Below are positions 7,752-14,583 of a stretch of DNA of 32,000 bases, piece by piece. Position 1 is the first letter of the stretch; every line of letters starts with the position of its first letter. The position numbers were made by a program, and so were the translations under genes. Below the pieces are notes generated by a model that ran no database searches, had not been told where the DNA came from, and worked only from the letters and a program-made list of their open reading frames with translations. The stretch comes from Acaryochloris marina MBIC11017 (GTDB lineage: Bacteria; Cyanobacteriota; Cyanobacteriia; Thermosynechococcales; Thermosynechococcaceae): contig NC_009932.1 in assembly GCF_000018105.1 (NCBI RefSeq), positions 1 to 32,000 of the forward strand. Direction: 5' to 3'.

Positions 7752-10700
7752 ATGGCATTATTTTGCGATCGCATAGCCATCACAGCGATTACCCTTACTG
7801 TTTTTTATAGCCTGCCTACGATCGCTGAGCCTCAACCTTCAACTCAAGCCTCTGACCTACGCTTCTCGCCTCGCTTCGGTATTGGCGCGAATAGCCCCAG
7901 CAGCGGTACAAACACCACCACTCGCCTCGAAACCTTTGTTCCTGTTTGGCAGAAGCCGGGTCGAGCATTGACCTTCTTCGAAGGCCGTCTCCTGCTAGAT
8001 GACCAGGGCAACCCAGGTGGAAATATTCTGTTCGGCTTCCGTCAGTATAGTGATGATCTAAAACGTATATTTGGTGGTCATCTAGGTTTTGATATTCGTA
8101 ACACCGATAATAATACCTTCCAGCAATTGAGCTTGGGTATAGAAAGCCTCGGAAAGGATATTGACCTTCACCTGAATGGGTATTGGCCCGTTGGCAGTAC
8201 TCGCCGCCAAACCAGGCAACGTATTTTTGAGGTATTGCAACTTAATGGTGACCCTCGATTTACTGGGAATATTCTACTTTTAGACTTGCTGCGGCGACGT
8301 CTGATTACGCGTCAATTTGAAGAAGCCTTGGCCGGAGTGGACTTTGAAGTTGGAAAACAACTCCTTAGTTTTAAGAATGGAGGTGATTTACGAGCATACC
8401 TAGGCCCTTACTTTCTCCATAGCAGTATTCGAGGTAATACGATTGGAGGTCGGTTGCGCTTACAGGTACGACCTACTCCTAATATCAGTGGTGGAATTGG
8501 AATTCAGCATGATGATTTTTTCGGCACCCATGTGTTGGGAAATATCACCTTTACACTCTCAGTAAATCAGCCTCAAAGCCCAGTTTCACCAGCGAACAAT
8601 GTTGTGGCACGAATGGGTGATTCAGTCATTCGCAACAACAGCATAATTGTAGATACCCCCAACACTACAGAACTTCTTGAAACTGAGACTCAAACGGTTG
8701 CAGCAATGAACCCAACCACGGGAGAGCCATGGTTTTTTCACCATGTCAACTTAGGTTTGGGCAATAGCGATGGCACCTTTGAATCACCATTTCCTAGCTT
8801 GGAAGATGCACTAGGAGTGATAAGGGGGGATGGGAATGACATCGTTTATGTAGCAAATGGGATAAATTCAGGTATTGAAGGATTTACGATTCCTGACAAG
8901 GTACAAGTTCGTTCAAGAGGAGCTGTACAGCAGATTGATGTTAACCCCATTTCATTCCCATTGCGGCCAGAGAGTGTTCTTAGGCTAGGCCAGGTTCAAC
9001 TTCCCTTCTCTGGCGATAGTAGCTTCCCTCGCATCACTAGTACCGTCAGTTTGGGGAATAACACGCTGCTCTCAGGGTTTGATGTACAGGTAACGGGTGC
9101 CCCAGCATTAGTAGCTAACAACATTACTACTGCGACTGTTATAGATAATAGTCTTGCTAGTACAAATTCAACTACCAATGGCATCTCAATCAATGGCATT
9201 AGTGGCTCACTCAATCTTGACAATAACGCGATTAATATTGATAACCCTGCGATGGCAGGAGTGGATATTAGCAATGTTAGTGCGTCTACAGGCTCAGTTC
9301 GAATTGTAGGTACCTCAGGGAGCCGCATCCAACGCACGGGAAGAGATGGAGTGGTGCTGGGAAATAATACTACCATCGCAAATTTAAACATAGCCCCTTT
9401 ACCCAACAACGTAGATTTTTCAGGCAATCGAGGCATCTTTGGCCGTAACGTTCGTAATGTTAGGGTGCAGAACAATCAGATTATTGTTATCGGGAGAGAC
9501 TTTTCTCCAGGCATCAAATTAGAGAACATAACAGGTTCTGCTGAAATTATTAATAACCAGATTACCAGGAACCCTATATTTGTTGATCCTGCTGCTCCAG
9601 GTATATCTCACGGTATTTCTCTCAGCTTATCCAACATCAATTTGGACCGTGTAGTCATCTCTGAAAACACAATTAAAACAACAGGGATCAGTACTGACGG
9701 CATTGTGATTCAGTCTTTGAATGATAGTGCTATTCAATCCGTTACTATCTCTGGAAATACGATTGAAACAAATGGAGTACAATCTGACGGCATCGTGGTT
9801 CAATCTTCCAATAATAGTACTATTCAATCCGCTAACATCTCTGGAAATACGGTGGAAACAGCAGGATTGAACTCTCAGGGTATTTCCGTTCGGCCTATCT
9901 ACAACAGTGTCATCACTACTGCTACTATCTCTGGAAACACCGTCTCAACGGATAGAATCTTTTCTTATGGCATTTTGGTTGAGCCGTTCAACAAAAGTAC
10001 TATTACTACCGCAACCATCTCTGAAAATACTGTCTCGACTACTGGAATTGCTGATGGGATCTTGCTCCGACCCGGCTATAACAGTGCTATTACCACCACA
10101 ACCATCTCTGGAAATAAAATTTCAACAGCTGGTTTAATTTCTGATGATATGGTTTTAAGACCTTTCTTTACTATTCCTAGTACAACTGCCAGTATTAATA
10201 TCAGGCCTACTACTAATAGCGTTATATCCACTGCGATCATCTCTGGAAATACCGTCTCGACAACTGGACTTGCCTATGGCATTAACGTTCAACCTTCCCA
10301 AAACGGTACAATCACCGTTGCGACTATTTCAGGTAACACTGTCTCAACGGATAGATTCAATGCTGCTGGTATTAGGGTCCAGCCATACATAGACAGCACT
10401 ATCAATAAAGCGACTATCTCTGGAAACACGGTTTCGACGTCAGGGAAAAATGCTGACGGTATCTTAGTAAGGCCTGTTGGCAATGGAGCCATCCAATCCG
10501 CTACTATTTCTAATAATAAAATCCTTCAAGCAGGGCGGGACAGTGTACGGATTCAAGCAAGACAGGATAGTTTACGGATAGGAAATTATGATGTTAATCC
10601 CATCTGTGCTGCTATTTCTGGCAATCGTAGTGATAATCCCAACGTTGCAATGGCAGGAGGGTTAGATTTTAATCTAATCTCTGCGAGGAGTCCTTTCCAG

Positions 10701-10820
10701 GTGGAAAGTTTAACAACTGTCAGTCTTGACAATAATAATGCAATCTTCAGCTTCGATGGCACGTTGGTTCCTCCTGGAACTCCTTCTAGTCCCTTTACGA
10801 ATGTAGTTAGTTGTCCCTAG
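7752..10820 (+). CDS. Inverse autotransporter (type Ve, intimin/invasin-type N-terminal beta-barrel) with a parallel beta-helix repeat passenger
   Basis: The N-terminal ~280 aa follow the intimin beta-domain pattern: ILFGFRQYSDDLKRIFGGHLGFDIRNTDNNTFQQLSLGIESLGKDIDLHLNGYWPVGS...AGVDFEVGKQL...GGRLRLQVRPTPNISGGIGIQHDDFFGTHVLGNITFTL. The passenger has ~10 repeats of 29-30 aa, 'ATISGNTVSTxG...GI.V.P..NS.I..'. A Shine-Dalgarno precedes the ATG. Confidence 0.85.
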   Translation: MALFCDRIAITAITLTVFYSLPTIAEPQPSTQASDLRFSPRFGIGANSPSSGTNTTTRLETFVPVWQKPGRALTFFEGRLLLDDQGNPGGNILFGFRQYSDDLKRIFGGHLGFDIRNTDNNTFQQLSLGIESLGKDIDLHLNGYWPVGSTRRQTRQRIFEVLQLNGDPRFTGNILLLDLLRRRLITRQFEEALAGVDFEVGKQLLSFKNGGDLRAYLGPYFLHSSIRGNTIGGRLRLQVRPTPNISGGIGIQHDDFFGTHVLGNITFTLSVNQPQSPVSPANNVVARMGDSVIRNNSIIVDTPNTTELLETETQTVAAMNPTTGEPWFFHHVNLGLGNSDGTFESPFPSLEDALGVIRGDGNDIVYVANGINSGIEGFTIPDKVQVRSRGAVQQIDVNPISFPLRPESVLRLGQVQLPFSGDSSFPRITSTVSLGNNTLLSGFDVQVTGAPALVANNITTATVIDNSLASTNSTTNGISINGISGSLNLDNNAINIDNPAMAGVDISNVSASTGSVRIVGTSGSRIQRTGRDGVVLGNNTTIANLNIAPLPNNVDFSGNRGIFGRNVRNVRVQNNQIIVIGRDFSPGIKLENITGSAEIINNQITRNPIFVDPAAPGISHGISLSLSNINLDRVVISENTIKTTGISTDGIVIQSLNDSAIQSVTISGNTIETNGVQSDGIVVQSSNNSTIQSANISGNTVETAGLNSQGISVRPIYNSVITTATISGNTVSTDRIFSYGILVEPFNKSTITTATISENTVSTTGIADGILLRPGYNSAITTTTISGNKISTAGLISDDMVLRPFFTIPSTTASINIRPTTNSVISTAIISGNTVSTTGLAYGINVQPSQNGTITVATISGNTVSTDRFNAAGIRVQPYIDSTINKATISGNTVSTSGKNADGILVRPVGNGAIQSATISNNKILQAGRDSVRIQARQDSLRIGNYDVNPICAAISGNRSDNPNVAMAGGLDFNLISARSPFQVESLTTVSLDNNNAIFSFDGTLVPPGTPSSPFTNVVSCP
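7765..7772. repeat. HIP1 octamer GCGATCGC
   Basis: Exact match read in the sequence. Confidence 0.95.
9651..10560 (+). repeat. About 10 tandem ~90-bp (29-30 aa) beta-helix coding repeats (ISGNTV/I-S/E-T...)
   Basis: Periodicity read from the translated protein: VVISENTIKTTG.., VTISGNTIETNG.., ANISGNTVETAG.., ATISGNTVSTDR.. and so on. One unit is expanded to ~45 aa. Confidence 0.7.
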
Positions 10821-11185
10821 CAACTCATTTCAGTTTTTATTTTAGAGGTTGATTGAACTGAAATCCATTCCCTGTATGTCATTCAAGCGATACAAACTAA
10901 AATAGTTATAAAGGGCTTCGGGTTTTTATTCTGTTGACCTAAACTATTGCCTTTTAATGTTCAAAACCCGAGTTACAGAACATCCTTCCTTCCTCCATAA
11001 TCTCAAAACCACGTTTCAAAAACCTTCTTATAGCAGCAAGGGTATTTTAGTAGTTATTTCTACTCCAAATAATCCCTCTTATCTGTATTACACGAAAACT
11101 TACACTAAAAAATGACCGTTTCACTCTAGACTCTGGAGTTCTTGCCAGGATTGACTTTTGGATTTCTGATGTTTGCTGAGGTCAA

Positions 11186-13273
11186 CTAGAGCAATGACTC
11201 TAAGTTATTCCGGATAGCCATAGTTGTAGAATGCTCAAGACCCAAGGTGACTACTGCGATACTCAGAGCTTGCTGAAAGCAAGAAATAGCCTCTTCATAG
11301 CGCCCTTGGTTGTTGTAGAGTCCTGCCAGGTTATTGAGGCTAATCACGACAGAGGGGTGTTCGCTGCCCAAGAGCTTCTGTTTCATCTCCAACGCTTGCA
11401 CATAGAGCGGTTCTGCTTCGCTGTAGCGCTCTTGGTTGTTGTAGAGTAATGCCAGGTTATTGAGACTTTGAGCGACATCAGGGTGTTCGCTGCCCAAGAG
11501 CTTCTGTCTCATCTCCAACGCTTGCACATTGAGCGGTTCTGCTTCACTGCAGCGCCCTTGGTTGTAGTAGAGTCCTGCCAGGTTATTGAGGCTTTGAGCG
11601 ACATCAGGGTGTTCGCTGCCCAAGAGCTTCTGTCTCATCTCCAACGCTTGCACATTGAGCGGTTCTGCTTCGCTGTAACGTCCTTGATTTTTGTAGAGTC
11701 CTGCCAGGTTATTGAGGCTAAGAGCGACATCAGGGTGTTCGCTTCCCAAGAGCTTCTTGCTCATCTCCAACCCTTGCACATAGAGCGGTTCTGCCTCGCT
11801 GTAGCGCCCTTGGTTGAAGTAGAGTAATGCCAGGTTATTGAGGCTTTGAGCGACATCGGGGTGTTCGCTGCCCAAGAGCTTCTGACTCATCTCCAACGCT
11901 TGTACCAAGAGGGGTTCTGCTTCTATGTACCGCCCTTGGTTGACGTAGAGGAATGCCAGGTTATTGAGGCTCGTTGCAACATCGGAGTGTTCGCTGCCCA
12001 ATCTCTGTCGAGTTTGTTCTAAGCATTTTTGTCTCCAGGGCAGAGATAAGCCATAGTTTCCCTGCCCTGCATAGAATCGACTGATGCCAACATAGGGCCA
12101 TATCAATTCATCGTCATTTAGTGAGTCAACCCATTGATTGATCAGTTCCTCTAAGTGAGGAATTTTTGCACTCATCTGAGCAATCACATCAATCGTTGGA
12201 CTTTCATCAATCTCCTTAGCCGCGACTACCATTCCTATACAAAAGGCTGCCTTAAGGGGTTTCCCCTGATCAGGACGCTGATTTAGTTTAATTCGGAAGT
12301 ACTCCTGCACAATTTGATGAAGCTTGTAAGTACCCTGGACTACTCGTTTGAGTAAGTTTCTAGCGATTAAACCGTCATCTCTGGTGTCTTCTAATGCATC
12401 TGGATCCTGTTCAGACAGGCAGCTTTCAACCAAGGTCCAAGGAATAGGTGCAACCGCAAACATCCCCAAGAAGCAAGCAAGTTCTTGTTCTGCCTCACTC
12501 AACTCTACCCAGCTTAATTCCAACGCAGCAGCGATACCAAACTGTGCGGTCATTCCTGATTCTCTTTCTGTCAGCGCTTTAGCATCAAGCCGCTTGGATT
12601 CAAGTCGCTTAATCAATTTATGGAGGGACCAGTCGGGCTTATTGGCTAGATACCGCCCCACTAACTCTAGTCCTAAGGGCAGGTTCCCCACCCATCTACA
12701 TAAGGCTTGGGCATCGTCGAGCTGAGGATCAATGCGCTCGGCTCCAACTAGAGTTCTCAGTAGGGATAAGGCACTCGTATCGCTCAGTTCTGTGATTGGG
12801 AGGGAATGAACGGATAGACCTAAATCCTGACGGGTTGTGATTAGAACTTTATACTGTGGATCTGATGGCGGTAAGTACGGTTCGATGGTCTCAAGGTCCA
12901 TCACATCATCAAAAATAATCAGCACCTTTCCGGTGGGCCAGTGCCCCCAGATATAACTCACTTGTTTTTCTTCATCGAGTCCATCCGGGAAGGTCAGGAC
13001 TAACTTGGTCCGGGCAAATTCGATAATTTGGGCGGCTAGCTCTTGACCTTTCACTCGCAACCAGCAGAGTCCACCCGGATAATGACCCTGATTGAGCTGG
13101 GAGATGGCATATTGCAGAGCAAGTTCGGTCTTCCCGATCCCACCCATACCTGCTAATGCAGTGAGGGCTACCGGATTGTTCTCTTGGAGGAGCTGGTGCA
13201 ATTTGTGCAGCGTTTGGTTACGACCGACAAATTTAACGACACCGCTACGAGGGAGATTATGAGGGGGACTCAC
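11186..13273 (-). CDS. STAND NTPase: NB-ARC (AP-ATPase) domain plus a C-terminal 42-aa TPR array; no N-terminal effector domain in this ORF
   Basis: Walker A LAGMGGIGKTELALQYA, Walker B KVLIIFDDV, LITTRQ, and GLPL-type GNLPLGLELVGRYL. Six TPR units of the form HPDVAQSLNNLAxLYxNQGRYSEAEPLxVQALEMxQKLLGSE. The start in the ORF track is a GTG (13271-13273), and the frame is open for 46 codons further upstream with no start codon. Confidence 0.85.
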   Translation of the reverse strand: MSPPHNLPRSGVVKFVGRNQTLHKLHQLLQENNPVALTALAGMGGIGKTELALQYAISQLNQGHYPGGLCWLRVKGQELAAQIIEFARTKLVLTFPDGLDEEKQVSYIWGHWPTGKVLIIFDDVMDLETIEPYLPPSDPQYKVLITTRQDLGLSVHSLPITELSDTSALSLLRTLVGAERIDPQLDDAQALCRWVGNLPLGLELVGRYLANKPDWSLHKLIKRLESKRLDAKALTERESGMTAQFGIAAALELSWVELSEAEQELACFLGMFAVAPIPWTLVESCLSEQDPDALEDTRDDGLIARNLLKRVVQGTYKLHQIVQEYFRIKLNQRPDQGKPLKAAFCIGMVVAAKEIDESPTIDVIAQMSAKIPHLEELINQWVDSLNDDELIWPYVGISRFYAGQGNYGLSLPWRQKCLEQTRQRLGSEHSDVATSLNNLAFLYVNQGRYIEAEPLLVQALEMSQKLLGSEHPDVAQSLNNLALLYFNQGRYSEAEPLYVQGLEMSKKLLGSEHPDVALSLNNLAGLYKNQGRYSEAEPLNVQALEMRQKLLGSEHPDVAQSLNNLAGLYYNQGRCSEAEPLNVQALEMRQKLLGSEHPDVAQSLNNLALLYNNQERYSEAEPLYVQALEMKQKLLGSEHPSVVISLNNLAGLYNNQGRYEEAISCFQQALSIAVVTLGLEHSTTMAIRNNLESLL
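11189..11989 (-). repeat. Tandem 126-bp (42-aa) TPR coding repeats, six units plus a partial one, central units near-identical
   Basis: First unit (HSDVATSL...) begins at nt 11989. Units 2-5 (about 11360-11863) differ at only a few positions, which gives the periodic plus-strand shadow ORFs 11231-11449 and 11468-11827. Confidence 0.85.
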
Positions 13274-13311
13274 CTGGGAAGAAGGCGAGGCTTCTGATCC
13301 CTGACTCTGAT

Positions 13312-13360
13312 AACTCTCCGTTGGTGGGCTGAGTCCTGACGGAGAGTTGTCTACTTTTTT
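13312..13360 (-). promoter_or_regulatory. Candidate programmed -1 ribosomal frameshift cassette: A_AAA_AAG heptamer, UAG, 5-nt spacer, 10-bp hairpin
   Basis: Minus-strand mRNA reads ...CUA ACA AAA AAG UAG AC AACUCUCCGU-(17 nt)-ACGGAGAGUU. The heptamer is at 13354-13360, in the X_XXY_YYZ phase of the TIR ORF. The stop is at 13351-13353. Stem arms are 13339-13348 and 13312-13321, perfectly complementary. The downstream NB-ARC ORF is in the -1 frame. Confidence 0.45.
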
Positions 13361-14493
13361 GTTAGGGACTCTACCGCCCTCCGTATCCCATTGACAACAT
13401 CCAAGAAAGCTTCATCGCGATCCGCCCATTTCGTCACGGGCTTGGCATCTTTAGGTAATATCTGAAGCTTACTGAAGGGTGACCCTTGCCAGTCACTGGG
13501 ACGCAGAATAATAGGGATGACTCGGGCCGTGCCTTCGTTATGTCGGTCCATCGCTCTTTGCATCTCAATGTCGTAGCAATAGTCAGAGGCCATAAAGGGT
13601 GGGCTGACCAGTAGCAGAATGATTTGAGCAGATTCTAGATGGCTGTCGATTTTTGTTTTCCATTCTTCCCCGGCTTCGATGTCTCTATCATGCCAATCTG
13701 CAATTTTCCCCTGGCGTTTCAGGTTGGAAAGATGGGTGACTAGCTCTTTGCGCAAATCATCGTCTTCATGGGAATAGGAAATAAAGACCTCTAAGGGGTT
13801 GTTGGCGTCTGGATTCATGGGAGAAGGTGTGGGTGTTGGAGGAGTTTGAGCATTGCTTTTATCCTGATTCTTAGTTTCCTCTGTAACGGGCTTTTTGATC
13901 AGAACCGGGGTGAGATGTTCTTCAATACCTTCCATGCGGATAGAGGCACAGCCCAGGTTGAAGGCAAACTCCACATCTCGACCAGAACCCAGGGCATCAT
14001 AGAATCCCACGGCAAAGGAGATCGCCGCTTTATCCTGGATCGCCCGTTTCATGCCGATGACGTAGGGAATATGTTCTGAGATGGCTTTTGCTTGCACCTC
14101 GGTGTAGCAGCCATTGAGGACCACACAGCGCAGTTGATCGGCAAACAGACTAAACAGGTCTGCAATCGCTTCACCACTGACCAATTGGGTGTTGCCACTG
14201 ACATCTTCAAAGACCAAGCCCTCATCCCCTTCCCCATGACCTGAGAAATGAACGATCTGGGGATTCAGATCCAGCATGGCCCGCTGAATATCACGGGGAC
14301 GGACTGCCAGGCGCTGTTCAAGCTGGAACTCATCTCGATGTTGTGCCCGCTGTAAACCCTCATCAATATCCCTTAACTCCTGATCCAATCGGAGAGGCTG
14401 TGTATCTTTGGGATTCGCTGCAAGGACAAGAATGGTTTGGGCAGTCATAATGGCAGGGCAGATAAATTCGGGCAGAGATAGTGGAACGCTCAA
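13351..14493 (-). CDS. Two-effector-domain protein: N-terminal short caspase/CHAT-like (His-Cys dyad) domain plus C-terminal TIR domain
   Basis: The N-terminal ~190 aa contain IVHFSGHGEGD (His86) and CVVLNGCYT (Cys129), a CHAT/caspase-like dyad context. The TIR signature is LEVFISYSHEDDDLRKELVTHL...AQIILLLVSPPFMASDYCYDIEMQRA (candidate catalytic Glu present)...VIPIILRP. The track start is a TTG; the ATG at 14448 (MTAQTILVLAANP, aligning with the paralog N-terminus) is more likely. Confidence 0.85.
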   Translation of the reverse strand: MSVPLSLPEFICPAIMTAQTILVLAANPKDTQPLRLDQELRDIDEGLQRAQHRDEFQLEQRLAVRPRDIQRAMLDLNPQIVHFSGHGEGDEGLVFEDVSGNTQLVSGEAIADLFSLFADQLRCVVLNGCYTEVQAKAISEHIPYVIGMKRAIQDKAAISFAVGFYDALGSGRDVEFAFNLGCASIRMEGIEEHLTPVLIKKPVTEETKNQDKSNAQTPPTPTPSPMNPDANNPLEVFISYSHEDDDLRKELVTHLSNLKRQGKIADWHDRDIEAGEEWKTKIDSHLESAQIILLLVSPPFMASDYCYDIEMQRAMDRHNEGTARVIPIILRPSDWQGSPFSKLQILPKDAKPVTKWADRDEAFLDVVNGIRRAVESLTKK

Positions 14494-14583
14494 TGATTGA
14501 AATGCGACGTGGATGTCCTTCGGTTCTGAGAGAACACCCCAAACGTTGAGGCAGGCATTGAAGGGAGATTAGAACGGTTTAAA

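Noticed and set aside
7752-8600. The N-terminal beta-barrel of the 1022-aa protein as the missing TpsB for the FHA-like protein
   Set aside because: The sequence pattern matches the intimin/invasin inverse-autotransporter beta-domain. No POTRA-like segments are visible, and it is fused to its own passenger.
10918-10972. 9-bp complementary segments TCGGGTTTT / AAAACCCGA between the convergent IAT and NB-ARC-TPR genes as a terminator
   Set aside because: The ~37-nt loop and short stem do not resemble an efficient intrinsic terminator.
11231-11827. Plus-strand ORFs 11231-11449 and 11468-11827, and 12348-12725
   Set aside because: These are shadows of the TPR and NB-ARC coding sequence, with the same repeat-periodicity argument.
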